Shown one piece after another: positions 42,886 to 53,831 of a DNA stretch of 64,000 bases. The notes under the pieces are model-generated. The model was not told the origin of the DNA and did no database searches. It saw nothing but the letters and a program-made list of their open reading frames with translations. Both the position numbers and the translations under genes were made by a program. The stretch is taken from NCBI GenBank assembly GCA_963714175.1, contig CAVQNN010000011.1:111686-175685 (forward strand), in the 5' to 3' direction. The DNA is from an uncultured Actinomycetes bacterium. Its GTDB lineage: Bacteria > Actinomycetota > Thermoleophilia > RBG-16-64-13. How positions within the stretch are numbered: the first letter of the stretch is position 1; each line of letters opens with the position of its first letter.

Positions 42886-44657
42886 AGCGGCCCCCATCCC
42901 GTCGAACTCCGAACTGGCGGCGCTGTTCCAGTCGATTGCCGACTACCTTGCCCTGGCTGGGGAGTCCACCTACCGGATTCTGGCCTACGAGAAGGCCGCC
43001 GCCCTGTTCGGGGAGCACCCGGTCTCAATCGCCGACATGGCTGCGCGCGGTGAACTGCGCGAACTGCCCGGTGTGGGGCAGGCCATCGAGGCGAAAGTCC
43101 TCGAACTCATGGCCGGCGGGGAGATCGCGTTTCTCGAGAGCCTCCGCGAGCGCTATCCGGAAGGACTGCTCACCGTCATGCACCTGCCCGGGGTGGGACC
43201 CAAGAAGACCCGGCTGCTGTGGGAAGCGGCGGGTATCGTAGACATCAGGTCTCTCGAGCGCGCCTGCCGGGAGGGCCGCATCCGCGAGATCCCCGGCATG
43301 GGAGAGAAGACCGAGGCGAAGATCCTCCACGCCATCGAGGCCTGGATGGCCCAGGCTGCCGGGAGTGGCGGTCTTCGCCGTCTCCGTGCGGTGGTCGAGC
43401 CTCAGGCGGTCCGGCTGGTGGAGGCCTTGCGCGCCCTGCCTGAAGTGGTCGCCGCCGACTACGCCGGCAGCCTGCGCCGCCTCCGGTCCACGGTGCGCGA
43501 CATCGACCTTGTGGCCGCCTCGTCCACGCCGGCCGCAGTCATGGACGCCTTCTCCGCCCTCCCCGAACTGGCCCGGATCGACGAGCGCGGCGACACCAAG
43601 CTGGTGGCCAAGACCCACACCGATCTGGGAGTCGACCTGCGCATCGTCCCCCCGGAGTCCTACGGCAGACCTTCTGCAGCACTTCACCGGCAGCGCCGAC
43701 CACAACGTGGCCCTGCGCGGCCACGCCCAGCGCCGAGGCTACAAGATCAGCGAGTACAGCGTGGAGCATCTCGAGTCCGGCCGGTTGTTCACGTGCGCGA
43801 CGGAGACCGAGGTGTACGAGCTGGTTGGTCTGACCTTCATACCTCCAGAGCTCCGCGAGAACCAGGGAGAGATCGAGGCGGCTGAGGCAGGATCGCTCCC
43901 GGACCTGATCGAGCTACCCGATCTGCGCGGTGACCTGCATGTGCACTCCGACTGGACCGACGGCCGCGCCACCATGGAACAGATGGCCGTTGCCGCCCGC
44001 GGGAGGGGACTGGACTACATCTGCTTCTGCGACCACTCCCAGTCGCTGGCCATGACCGGTGGACTGACCCCCGAGCGTCTGCTGGCCCAGATCGAGGCCA
44101 TCCGCGAGCTTGACGCCCGCATAGAAGGCATCCGTCTCCTGGCCGGCATCGAGGTGGACATCCTGGCCGACGGACGCCTCGACCTACCCGACGACGTCTT
44201 GGCGCGGCTGGACTTCGTCACCGCCAGCATCCATTCCGGGTTCGGCCAGCCGCAGGAGAAGATCATGGAGCGACTCACCGGCGCCATGCGCAATCCACAC
44301 GTGCGTTCCATCGGCCACCCCAGCGGCCGCCTCCTGGGGCGCCGCGACCCCTACGACATCGATGTCGACATGTTGGCGCGAGTGGCGGCCGAGACGGGCA
44401 CCTATCTGGAGATCAACGGCTCCCCCGACCGGCTCGACCTCACCGCGGCGGCTGCGCGCCGGGCGGTGGCCCTGGGCGTCACGGTGGTCGTCTGCAGTGA
44501 CGCTCACGACCCCGGTGACTTCGAGAACCTGCGCTACGGAGTGGGAGAGGCGCGGCGCGGTTGGCTGCGCGCCGCCGATGTGGCCAACGCGAGACCGTGG
44601 AGTGTCGTAGGTAAGGGCCTCAGCCTCCGGCTGCCAGAGCCTCGTCCCCTGCCATGA
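42875..44657 (+). CDS. polX: family-X DNA polymerase with C-terminal PHP phosphoesterase domain (one apparent frameshift)
   Basis: [27 protein letters not shown]…GVGPKKTRLLWE (HhH/polX) continues in ORF 43365..44657 with PHP motifs (DLHVHSDWTDG, VTASIHSGF, CSDAHD). The frame switches near 43680. Confidence 0.75.
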
Positions 44658-44841
44658 TGGCTCCTACCAGCCGCGTGACTCTCCCGTCGGTGAGCCTGGC
44701 CACCCAACAGCCGCACAGCGCCTGCGCCAACTGGTCGAGACACCGCTCGCCCGCTCGCCCGTCGACAGCCTCGTAGTCGGCCGGCAGGTCGACGATCTTG
44801 CCGCAACCAGGACATTTCCAGGTGTTGGGGGTGTCTGTCAC
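44620..44841 (-). CDS. possible small zinc-ribbon protein (73 aa)
   Basis: GTG-start ORF with WKCPGCGKIV…CGC. There is no clear RBS and it overlaps the polX 3' end convergently. Confidence 0.25.
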   Translation of the reverse strand: MTDTPNTWKCPGCGKIVDLPADYEAVDGRAGERCLDQLAQALCGCWVARLTDGRVTRLVGAIMAGDEALAAGG

Positions 44842-44937
44842 TGCCTGGAGAAGAGGCCTTTCGATGGTCGCCGATGGAATCCCGCTGAGACGAATATCGG
44901 CCGAAAGGGTTCAGCTCATGAGCAAAGAGCGGTTCGG

Positions 44938-46668
44938 CTATTGGTCACCGAAGCAGTAGAAGTAGCCGTCGCGACAGCCCAGGAAGATGTTGCCCTTCCA
45001 GACGGCAGGCGTTGATTCCAAGGCGCTTCCGCTCGGCACCTTGAGTTCCCAGACCACGGGCGGGTCGATCCGGGTGTTGCTCACGTCCCAGGCGTGCAGC
45101 ACCCCGTAGGTGTCGCCCACGATCAGAGTCCCGTCGACGACTACGCAACTCGCCCACGCGTGCTCGGTGAGGGTCTTCTGCCAGACTATCTCGCCGGTGG
45201 CCCGGTCGAGGCCCAGCAGGGCGCCGCCGTGTGTGGGGACGTAGACCATGTCTTTGTAGATGCAGGGCGTCGCCCAGACTCCGGAGTTTCCGCCCGACTG
45301 CTTGGTGACCTCCTGCGACCAGACCAGAGGATTCTCGCCCTCGCCACTCTTGCGCGGGTCTATCTTCATGATCTGCCCCACTTCCGCTTGGCGCGCTTTG
45401 GAAGCGCTCGACCGACCGTAGTCGTTGTCGGAATGCTGGCACACGTACAGATAGCCCTCTTCGTCGGCGACTATGGTCGCGTCGGTGTCACCGCCGGTCC
45501 AGTAGTGGAACACCTTCGGGTACGCGTCCTCGCCGGTGGGCGGCGCCTCGTCCGCGGGCAGTTCTTCCAGGGTCGCGCTGACGTCGAGTCCCTGGATGAG
45601 GCCGCCGGAATTGGAGAAGTAGACGGTGTCACCGACAAGGCAGGGAGAGTTCTCGACGCCCACGTCCTTGCTGCCGTTCTTGTCGACCAACGTCTGGGTC
45701 CAGGCGGGGTAGTCCAGCACGATCTCGGGCGCCACGGTCACCTTGCCGCCGGCGTCGTAGCCACGGTTGAGCTTGAGGATGTAGAAGTGGCCGTTCTCGC
45801 CGCCTTCGAACGCGTAGTCGTTACGGATGACCACGCTCGAGTCCCAGTCGTCGTTCCAGATCTGGCGCGGCAACTCGTCGGCATCGAGATTGAACAGCTC
45901 TGTGGGCTCGTCCCCATCGATGGCGATGATGCGCCACTTGTTGTCCCGGCAGCCCATGTAGATGAGGGGGTACCCGTCGGGATCCGCCACGACCGAGCCC
46001 TTGAAGATGTCGCCGCCCTTGAAGGGGGGCAGTAGTTCCTCGCCGGTGGCGGCGTCGAGGAAGTGGATCTTGTAGTCGTAGGCCCCGAACACCACCCAGG
46101 TCTTGCCGTCTTTCTCGAACACGCAGGGCTGGCCGGTCCAGCCGGTGCCGGTCCAGTTCGAGGTATTCGCCCCATCGGTCGAGCTACCCGACATCGGACC
46201 GAACTTCCACAGGATCTGGGGGTTGGTCGGGACGGGGCCCTCGCCGTAGTAGGTGCGGGACGCGTTCCCACGGAACATGATGAGTCCCTCGAACTCGGTC
46301 TGGATGGGGCCGTAGAAACTGCCGGCTTTGCGCGTGTCGCCCGGTTCGTCAGGGTCTCCCTCGCCCGGGGCCACCGTGGTGTTGGGGCTGGAAGGGTTGA
46401 TCAGTTCGGAGATGTCGAGGCCGCCGGTGGTGGTCGTGGTCTCTGAACCTTCCGTGCTCGTCGTCTGCCCGGAACTCTCGGAAGTGGTTGTGGTGGTGGT
46501 CGTGGTCCCGTCGGCGCCAGTCGGGTCGTCGCCACAGCCGCGCACGGCTATCAGCACGACCAGCAGGACGATCGCGACGCAGGCCAGCAGAACGAGCCAC
46601 CGCAGAAGGAGGCGACGGCGCCGTTCACGTCGGCGACGCTCGCTGGTCGCCCTATCGGTCCTTCTCAT
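44938..46668 (-). CDS. secreted/membrane-anchored PQQ-like beta-propeller repeat protein
   Basis: Intact ORF. The likely start is MRRTDRATSERRRRERRRRLLLRWLVLLACVAIVLLVVLIAV (ATG near 46668), followed by a Thr-rich linker and WxG-rich propeller repeats. Confidence 0.8.
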   Translation of the reverse strand: MRRTDRATSERRRRERRRRLLLRWLVLLACVAIVLLVVLIAVRGCGDDPTGADGTTTTTTTTSESSGQTTSTEGSETTTTTGGLDISELINPSSPNTTVAPGEGDPDEPGDTRKAGSFYGPIQTEFEGLIMFRGNASRTYYGEGPVPTNPQILWKFGPMSGSSTDGANTSNWTGTGWTGQPCVFEKDGKTWVVFGAYDYKIHFLDAATGEELLPPFKGGDIFKGSVVADPDGYPLIYMGCRDNKWRIIAIDGDEPTELFNLDADELPRQIWNDDWDSSVVIRNDYAFEGGENGHFYILKLNRGYDAGGKVTVAPEIVLDYPAWTQTLVDKNGSKDVGVENSPCLVGDTVYFSNSGGLIQGLDVSATLEELPADEAPPTGEDAYPKVFHYWTGGDTDATIVADEEGYLYVCQHSDNDYGRSSASKARQAEVGQIMKIDPRKSGEGENPLVWSQEVTKQSGGNSGVWATPCIYKDMVYVPTHGGALLGLDRATGEIVWQKTLTEHAWASCVVVDGTLIVGDTYGVLHAWDVSNTRIDPPVVWELKVPSGSALESTPAVWKGNIFLGCRDGYFYCFGDQ

Positions 46669-46681
46669 CTCCACTCGGCTG

Positions 46682-47194
46682 CTATGTCTCCAGTTCGAGC
46701 ATCTCGCGACCGAAGACCCCCGTCGCGTTGTCGGTGAAGGCCGCCCGATACGGGACCACTCGGTAGACACCGACGTCCCTCATCAGATCAGCGTGAATAG
46801 GTTGGGACAGCAGATCTCGCGCGAAGGGGAAGCGCGCTAGATAGAGCGCGAGCGCCGCTGCTTTGGAGCCGCCGCTGAGGAGACTGGCGTCGCCCCATAG
46901 CTGCACTCCCTGGATCTTCTCCCACTCCGCATACACCTCGGTCACGGTCACCGCCACCGGAGTCCCCTCCTCGATATGCGAACCGTGGACGCTATCCGTC
47001 TTGCTGAGAAAGGTCAGACGAAGAGTCCCGTCCACGGCGTAGAAGACGGTGGCAGCGTGAGGCGTGTCGCCGACCGGGCCGGTCGTCGCGATCGTCATGG
47101 TGTGGTGCGCACGCAGGTAGTCTGCGACCCGATGATGTAGGCCGTCGCTCTCAGACAATCCTGGGACCCCCTTGCCAGCGTCGGAAAAGGTCAT
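46682..47194 (-). CDS. pyridoxamine 5'-phosphate oxidase-like FMN-binding split-barrel protein
   Basis: HRVADYLRAHHTMTIATTGPVGDTPHAATVFYAVDGTLRLTFLSKTDSVHG pattern. The start is uncertain. Confidence 0.65.
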   Translation of the reverse strand: MTFSDAGKGVPGLSESDGLHHRVADYLRAHHTMTIATTGPVGDTPHAATVFYAVDGTLRLTFLSKTDSVHGSHIEEGTPVAVTVTEVYAEWEKIQGVQLWGDASLLSGGSKAAALALYLARFPFARDLLSQPIHADLMRDVGVYRVVPYRAAFTDNATGVFGREMLELET

Positions 47195-47753
47195 GTTCCA
47201 GTCCGAATTGGTCGAGAATCTTGCCCACCGTATGTTCGACGATGTCGTCGATGGTCCTGGGTTCGTGGTAGAAACCAGGTACGGGAGGCAGCACCACCGC
47301 GCCGTACTCGGTCACCTCGGTCATCAGGCGCAGATGGCCGAGGTGCAGGGGGGTCTCGCGCACGACCAGCACCAGCTTGCGCCTCTCCTTGAGGACCACG
47401 TCGGCCGCCCGAGCCATCAGAGTGTCGCTGGCGCAGCGGGCTATGCTCGACAGGCTCTTGATGGAGCAGGGGGCGATGATCATCCCCATGGTCAGGAAAG
47501 AACCCGAAGAGATGGGGGCATCGAGTCTCGGCGTTGCCATACGAGACGTCCGCCAGGGCTTCGAGCTGCCCCGGCGCGTATCCGGCCTCCAGCTCGGCCA
47601 CTCGCTTGGCCGCGTCGCTGACCACCAGATGGGTCTCGACCGGTGTCTCGCGGAGTACCTCCAGAAGCCGTGCCCCATACACCGTACCGGATGCTCCGGT
47701 GATGCCGATGACCAGTCGCCGCGGAACAGAGATGCCGATGTTACTCCTCCGGC
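47151..47753 (-). CDS. ubiX: flavin prenyltransferase UbiX (prFMN synthase); N-terminus and start uncertain, apparent frameshift
   Basis: RRLVIGITGASGTVYGARLLEVLRETPVETHLVVSDAAKRV (ORF 47191..47997) plus the C-terminal …VVRETPLHLGHLRLMTEVTEYGAVVLPPVPGFYH (ORF 47151..47678). A GGAGGA lies upstream but no canonical start codon is evident. Confidence 0.7.
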   Translation of the reverse strand, partial: AGGVTSASLFRGDWSSASPEHPVRCMGHGFWRYSARHRSRPIWWSATRPSEWPSWRPDTRRGSSKPWRTSRMATPRLDAPISSGSFLTMGMIIAPCSIKSLSSIARCASDTLMARAADVVLKERRKLVLVVRETPLHLGHLRLMTEVTEYGAVVLPPVPGFYHEPRTIDDIVEHTVGKILDQFGLEHDLFRRWQGGPRIV

Positions 47754-47789
47754 TTGTCGACCGAATCCCAGGGACTCCGCATTGTACAG

Positions 47790-48062
47790 CTATCCCTCCC
47801 GCGATGGGCGGGAGAAGTCGGATCTCGTCACCGTCGCTGCAGCGGCGTGTCCAGCCCTCCGACCTGCCGGATGTTGCGGCCGTTGACGAAGACTCCCACC
47901 CATACGCTCCCATCCTCGCGGAAGATGCGAGTCTCCAGCGGCGGTCTCGCGGGCTACGCAATCGGCCAGGGCCTCCGCCACGGTCCGGCCCTCGCATTCC
48001 ATGCAGGCCGGTCCCTCGGTGCCGGCGATTCCCACGGGCAGTCTGATGATGGCCTTGGCCAC
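47790..48062 (-). CDS. MoaD/ThiS-like small sulfur-carrier protein (likely frameshifted)
   Basis: N-terminus MAKAIIRLPVGIAGTEGPACMECEGRTVAEALADCVARE (ORF 47790..48062). A C-terminal …DGDEIRLLPPIAGG is visible in another frame. Confidence 0.45.
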   Translation of the reverse strand: MAKAIIRLPVGIAGTEGPACMECEGRTVAEALADCVARETAAGDSHLPRGWERMGGSLRQRPQHPAGRRAGHAAAATVTRSDFSRPSREG

Positions 48063-48072
48063 GGCTGTCCCT

Positions 48073-48585
48073 TCACCGAAGCTCCGCCGCGGACCGAACT
48101 CCGGGTTCTACGCAGGCGTCGACGCCTTCTCGACCTCGCTCAGACGCACGTCGACGGCCGAGCACGTGCGGATTCTGGCAGAAGGCCACGCACTGCGGCG
48201 TGCCGTCGCACAGGTCGCACTTGAAGGCCACCGCCCGGTCGGGATGCTCGTGGATGACCCCCTGGGGGCAGACGTCGTAGCACGTGCCGCAGTTGGTGCA
48301 CAGGTCCTCGTTGACCTTGAGCACGCAGCCTTCGACCGGGTCCAAGCCCACGGCCTCGACCCTGATGGGCTGTCGTTCGATGGCGCCTACCGGGACAGGC
48401 CTCTTCGCACTTGGCGCAGGCGTCTGCAGGCAGGTGTGCCCCTTGACGGCGGTGGTCGTGGGATCGACGTCAACCCGCAGGCGAGCGACCGACGGACGGT
48501 ACGCGCCCTCGTGCCAGGCGGAGCAGGCCAGCTCGCACATGTGGCAGCCGGTGCACTTCTTGCTGCTTATCATCACGTGAGGCAT
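48073..48585 (-). CDS. 4Fe-4S dicluster ferredoxin (AOR-associated type)
   Basis: CTGCHMCELAC…CTNCGTCYDVCP…CDLCDG…C cysteine patterns. Confidence 0.75.
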   Translation of the reverse strand: MPHVMISSKKCTGCHMCELACSAWHEGAYRPSVARLRVDVDPTTTAVKGHTCLQTPAPSAKRPVPVGAIERQPIRVEAVGLDPVEGCVLKVNEDLCTNCGTCYDVCPQGVIHEHPDRAVAFKCDLCDGTPQCVAFCQNPHVLGRRRASERGREGVDACVEPGVRSAAELR

Positions 48586-48618
48586 CGAGCGTCCTTTCTC
48601 CGAGGCAGAGACCGGCGG

Positions 48619-50436
48619 CTACAGCCGGACGTCGACACCGACCTCGGCCAACTTGGCCTCGGTGGGCACCCCGGTCTCGTCCCAGCCGCGCAGACGGTAG
48701 TACTCCTGGATGAGCGTCCTCCAGGGCCTGCTCGCCGATGGCCTTGCCGGCCGACGGTCCCTCGGCGAACGCGTACCTCGTCCTCGTAGAGCTTCCGAGG
48801 CAGGGCGTTCGGTCTCGACGCCTTCGCGCAGGTTCAGCAGCCGTCCCAGATTCCAGATGCGCTCGCCGATGAGCATGATCTCGTCGTCGGTGAACTCCCG
48901 CTTCCAGACGTGCTTGAACATCTGGCAAAGCTGGTCGGGGTTGACCGCCCAGAAGTCACACCAGATGCCGCTGAACTTGATCGAACTGAAGTTCTGCCCG
49001 ATGAAGCCGTTGTCGACGTTGCCCTTGATGATCTGTTCGGCCTTGCCCTCCAGGCTGTCCGCGGGCCGAGTGCCCTCGAGCACCTCGTCGGCTATGGGGT
49101 AGGCCCGCATGTGGCAGCCGCCTCGGTCGGAGGTCGCGTAGGCCACGCTCATGCCGAAGGCGCCCCGGGGATCGTACCCGGGCAGTTCCAGGTTCTTGAC
49201 CTCCATGGCCATCTCGGCTGACCCCGTACTTCGCAGCCAAGCGCCGGGCGCCGAGCGCAAGCTCGGCGCCGACACCCTCCCGCTTGGCGATCAGGGCAGG
49301 CGCGGCAACGTAGCCGTCGACCTCGCCGAAGCGAAGCCCGAAATCGACGATGCCCTGCTCGGTCATGTCCATGGCCAGCGCCACCACCGAGCCCGCTGGA
49401 GATGGTGTCGAGACCCCACTCGTCGCACTCGTGGTTGAACCGCATCAGAGCCTCGATGTCGCCGACCCCGCAGTTCGCGCCGCAGAGGGCGATGGTCTCG
49501 TACTCCGGCCCCTCGCCCTTCACTCCGCCCGGCCTCGTGCACCTGCCGGCACCCGAGAGCGCACTGGTAGCAGGCGCGGTTCCCCACCTTGACCTTTTGG
49601 AAGGCCTCCGAGTTGATCCCCCCGACGCCGTCGAAACTCCCCTGCGACCAGTTTCGGGTGGGAAGCGCTCCGGCGCCGTTGACCGGGTCGACCAGGATGG
49701 GAGTGCCCTCTTCGTTGGCCCACAGGTTGAAGTCGGTGAGCACGTGCTCCTCGTGGATGCGGGCGATGTCGGCCAGGAACTCGCGGGCATCGCCCACCTG
49801 CACGGAGCCGGTACCGCGGACGGCGACGGCCTTGAGGTTCTTCGAGCCGAAGAGAGCGCCGTGCCCGCCTCGTCCCGCCTTGTGGAACTGGTCGGTGCTC
49901 AGACAGGCCCAGGGACGAGGTTCTCACCCGCCGGCCGATGGAGAGCACTTTGGCGTCTCTGGTCGAGGTCGGCGCGGAGGGCCGCCTCGATCGCGGAGGT
50001 CTTCAGGCCCCAGTACTTCTCTTCAGCGGGGACGAACTCGCACCTCGCCGTCCTTGATCCACAGCACGGTCGGACGCGGCGCCTTCCCGGTGATGATGAT
50101 GAGGTCGTAGCCGGCGAACTTCATCTCCGGAGCGAACGAGCCGCCCACGTAGCTGTCGTTCAGGATGCCGGTGGCCGGGCTCTTCGCTCCCACCACCAGG
50201 CGCGAGGCAGTGCTCACGTTGGTGCCGGCGAACGGTCCGGTGACCAGAAACATCGGGGTTGTCGGCGAGCCCAGGGATCGACGTGAGGTGGGACGTACTC
50301 CCACATGTAGCGGAGCAGCAGGCCTTTGCCGCCGATGTAGCGCTCGGCCCACTCCATATTGAGCGGCTCAGTCACGGCGGTGCCGGCACTGAGATCGACC
50401 CGCAGGACTCTGCCTGTAGAAGTCCAGCAAGCCCAT
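48619..50436 (-). CDS. tungsten-containing aldehyde:ferredoxin oxidoreductase (AOR family), heavily frameshifted
   Basis: Fragments in at least 6 frames are co-linear with AOR. These include the start MGLLDFY-GRVLRVDLSAGT…, the N-domain (…GGSFAPEMKFAGYDLIIITGKA), the middle (GEGPEYETIALCGANCGV, DEWGLDTISSG) and the C-terminus (…EYYRLRGWDETGVPTEAKLAEVGV). Confidence 0.75.
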
Positions 50437-50470
50437 TGTTGGCAAGCATATCGTATGATGCAAGCAGACG

Positions 50471-51193
50471 ATGGTAGAGGAGCGTGAGCAACAAGCATGG
50501 CGAGCGAACGCAGTACGGCGCGGGACAAGACAGCCTGCCGCGAGGCAGGCCCAGGCGCTGGAGGTCATAGCTCGCCTGCGGGACGACTATCCTGACGCAG
50601 GGATAGTGCTCGACTTCGGCAACAACTGGGAACTGCTTGTCGCCGTCATCCTCTCCGCGCAGTGCACCGACAAGATGGTCAACCAGGTCACGACCTCGCT
50701 CTTCAAGAAGTACCGCACCATCGAAGACTACGCCTCCGCCGATCCGGTCGACCTTCGAGGTCGATATCAGGCCCACCGGCTTCTTCCGCAACAAGACCAA
50801 GCACATCATCGGCTCGGCTCAGAAGATACTGTCCGACTACGGAGGGGAGGTCCCTTCCAGCATGGCCGAACTGCTCACGCTGCCCGGTGTGGCTCGCAAG
50901 ACCGCCAACGTCGTCCTCGGCAACGCCTACCCGGAGTCGTATTCGCGTCCGACCCGGACGCGGGCATCGCGGTGGACACCCACGTCAACCGGCTCAGCCA
51001 GAGGCTGGGACTGGCCGCCTCCAACGACTCCGACAAGATCGAGCGAGAACTCATGGAGATCGTCCCACGGGATGATTGGTTCCGGCTCACCTATCTGCTG
51101 ATCGAGCACGGCCGCGCCGTTTGCACAGCGAAACGCCCAAGGTGTGGTGAGTGCCTGCTACAAGACATCTGCCCCTCAGCGTTCAAGGCGTAG
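50471..51193 (+). CDS. nth: endonuclease III (DNA glycosylase/AP lyase), apparent internal frameshifts
   Basis: N-terminus …ILSAQCTDKMVNQVT and C-terminal FeS loop CTAKRPRCGECLLQDIC. The middle HhH-GPD part (LPGVARKTANVVLGNAY) is read in ORF 50637..51101. Confidence 0.8.
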   Translation: MVEEREQQAWRANAVRRGTRQPAARQAQALEVIARLRDDYPDAGIVLDFGNNWELLVAVILSAQCTDKMVNQVTTSLFKKYRTIEDYASADPVDLRGRYQAHRLLPQQDQAHHRLGSEDTVRLRRGGPFQHGRTAHAARCGSQDRQRRPRQRLPGVVFASDPDAGIAVDTHVNRLSQRLGLAASNDSDKIERELMEIVPRDDWFRLTYLLIEHGRAVCTAKRPRCGECLLQDICPSAFKA

Positions 51194-51216
51194 ATCGCCG
51201 TGTAGATGACAGGCGA

Positions 51217-51285
51217 GCGGCGCATGGCCTCTGCGGAAAGCGTCGTGAGACCTTGAACGCCAGCTGCAGCAGAGGCCATGCGCCG
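51217..51285 (+). promoter_or_regulatory. 18-bp perfect inverted repeat (33-nt spacer) between nth and paaK; terminator- or operator-like
   Basis: GCGGCGCATGGCCTCTGC … GCAGAGGCCATGCGCCGC. It is followed by TTGACG(51293)-N17-TATACC, a plausible paaK promoter. Confidence 0.4.
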
Positions 51286-51371
51286 CGAGCCCGGTTGACG
51301 GTTGAGCGCGCTGCCTATACCATCGCACGGCAGCGCAAACGAATTGCAGGAACAGTAGAAGGGGAACTCAC

Positions 51372-52733
51372 ATGATCTTCGACCGCGAACACGAGTGCAT
51401 GAGCCGGGAGGACCTCAGGCAGCTTCAGGGACAACGCCTGGGTGCCCTGGTGAAGATGGTCTACGATCGGGTCCCCTTCTACCGAGACCTCCTCGACAAG
51501 ACCGGAGTAGCGCCGGAACAGGTGCGCGGGCTCGACGACCTCGAGCGTCTTCCCATGACCAGGAAGTACAACCTCCGGGACGAGTACCCCTTCGGGCTCT
51601 TCGCAAGGCCACTGAAGGAAGTGGTCCGCATCCACGCCTCATCGGGCACCACCGGCAAGCCCACCACCGTGGGCTACACCCGCGAACGACATCGCCATGT
51701 GGGCCCAGGTCATGGCCCGCTCTCTGGCCGTGCGCCGGCACCACCGACGACGACATCGTCCAAGTCGCCTACGGCTACGGTCTCTTCACGGGCGGATTGG
51801 GCGCTCACTACGGCGCGGAACTGCTGGGCTCCTCCGTGATTCCCATCTCGGGCAGCAACACCCAGCGGCAGCTGATGCTGATGCAGGACTTCGGCACCAC
51901 CGTGCTGTGCTGCACGCCCAGCTTCGCCCTCTATCTGTGGGACGTTGCCCAGCATCTCGATCTCGACGTCACCAAGTTCCCCTTGAGGGTGGGGGTCTTT
52001 GGCGCAGAGCCCTGGTCGGAGAACATGCGCCGCGACATCGAGCTCAAATGGAACATCAAAGCCTGCGACATCTACGGTCTCTCTGAGATCATCGGACCGG
52101 GAGTCTCGTGCGAGTGCGTCGAGGCCCAGTCGGGACTGCACATCAACGACGACCACTTCCTGCCCGAGATCATCGACCCGGAGACCGGCGAGGTCCTTCC
52201 CGAGGGCGAATCCGGCGAGTTGGTCATCACCACCCTCACCAAGGAGGCCTTCCCCCTCATCCGCTACCGCACCGGCGACATCACCCGGCTCAACACCGAG
52301 CCCTGCATCTGCGGGCGTACCAACACCCGCATGGACCGCATCTCCGGCCGCTCGGACGACATGCTCATCATCCGCGGCGTGAACGTGTTCCCGAGCCAGG
52401 TGGAATCGGTGCTCCTCATGTCTCCTCAGGTGGAGCCGCACTACCTATTGATCGTGAGCCGCAAGGGCGCGATGGACAGCCTGGAGGTCCAGGTGGAGAT
52501 CAAGCCGGCGCTCTACAACGAAGTCGCCGAGGCCATCCTCTCTCTGGACGACGTCACCACTTTCACCGAGCACGATCTACTGCTCGATCTCAAGGACGCA
52601 CATCCAGAAGAACATCAAGGACATCATCGGTGTCAACACGAAGGTGACCTTCAAGGAACCGGGCTCTATCGAGCGAAGTGAGGGAAAGGCTCAGCGCGTG
52701 ATCGATCTGCGCAAGGAGCAAGGCGGTTCGTAA
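51372..52733 (+). CDS. paaK: phenylacetate--CoA ligase (PaaK family), about 3 apparent frameshifts
   Basis: [39 protein letters not shown]…[12 protein letters not shown] then ORF 51395..52681 (…[15 protein letters not shown]…RYRTGD…) and the tail …[23 protein letters not shown] ending at TAA 52731-52733. Confidence 0.8.
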
Positions 52734-52791
52734 GGAGCGGGACTGATGCAGGAGCGAAGGCGCGAGCGAAGAGACTCTCCGGAGAGTCCCG

Positions 52792-53710
52792 TTGGCCCCG
52801 ACGGCCTTCCCCTCGGCGGAGGAGGACCATCGGCACGCCGATCTCGACCCGGAGACGCCGCAGACCAGGTCGCCTGCCTACCGCCTGGGCTACGCCGACC
52901 CCGAATTCCTGCTGCGCGACGAGTTGCGCGCCACCCGGCTGCAGCTGGAGTTCCTGAAGCCGGAGATACACCAACGCGATCGCGGCATCACTGCCACAGT
53001 GGTCATGTTCGGGAGCGCTCGTATCCCGTCCCCTGAGGACGCCGCCGGGTGTCTCGAGGAGGCAGAACGGACAGCCGAGGAGAACCCGGACGACCCTCGG
53101 GCGGCCCAGAGAGTGCGGGCTGTGAGGGCCCTCGTCAACAAGGGACGATTCTATGAGGAAGCCCGTCGATTGGCGCAGATCATCTCGGGAACAGCGGGCG
53201 AGGGGGCGGAACCCAATGCCTGCAAGCCGCCTCATGGCCCTTACAGGGCCGTGGTGGTCACCGGCGGTGGTCCGGGCATCATGGAGGCGGCCAATCGCGG
53301 CGCCAACGATGTGTGCGCGGAGACCATCGGACTCAACATCGTCCTTCCGTTCGAGCAGAAGCCCAACGACTACATCACCCCCCATCTTTGCTTCAACTTC
53401 CACTACTTCGCAATCAGGAAGATGCACTTCATGATGCGGGCCGTGGCTCTTGTCGTATTCCCTGGGGGCTTCGGCACCCTGGATGAGTTGTTCGAAGTGC
53501 TGACCCTCATCCAGACCCACAAGATCAAACCGATTCCGGTTCTGCTTGTTCGACAGAAAGTACTGGGAGCGGATCATCGACTTCAACGCCTTGGTCGAGG
53601 AGGGCGTCATCAACCCCCGCGACCTGGAGATCTTCTCCTACGTGGAGACAGCCGAGGAGGCCTGGCAGTTGCTCGAGCCCGTGCTGCAGGCGAACGCCCG
53701 ACGACGCTGA
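52792..53710 (+). CDS. LOG-family (TIGR00730 Rossmann-fold nucleotide-binding, PpnN/YgdH-like) protein, C-terminal apparent frameshift
   Basis: VVMFGSARIP…VVTGGGPGIMEAANRGA…VVFPGGFGTLDELFEVLTLIQT; the frame switches near 53555. Confidence 0.7.
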
Positions 53711-53831
53711 CCGTCCGCCGCCGGGGCGGCGCCGTCCCTTATGCTATGCTTGCTGATAGCGAAATGGATACGCTCGACGATCCCCGCATTCTCCGCCTTC
53801 ACCCATTGCCCGGTTTCCGGGTGAGCCGCCG

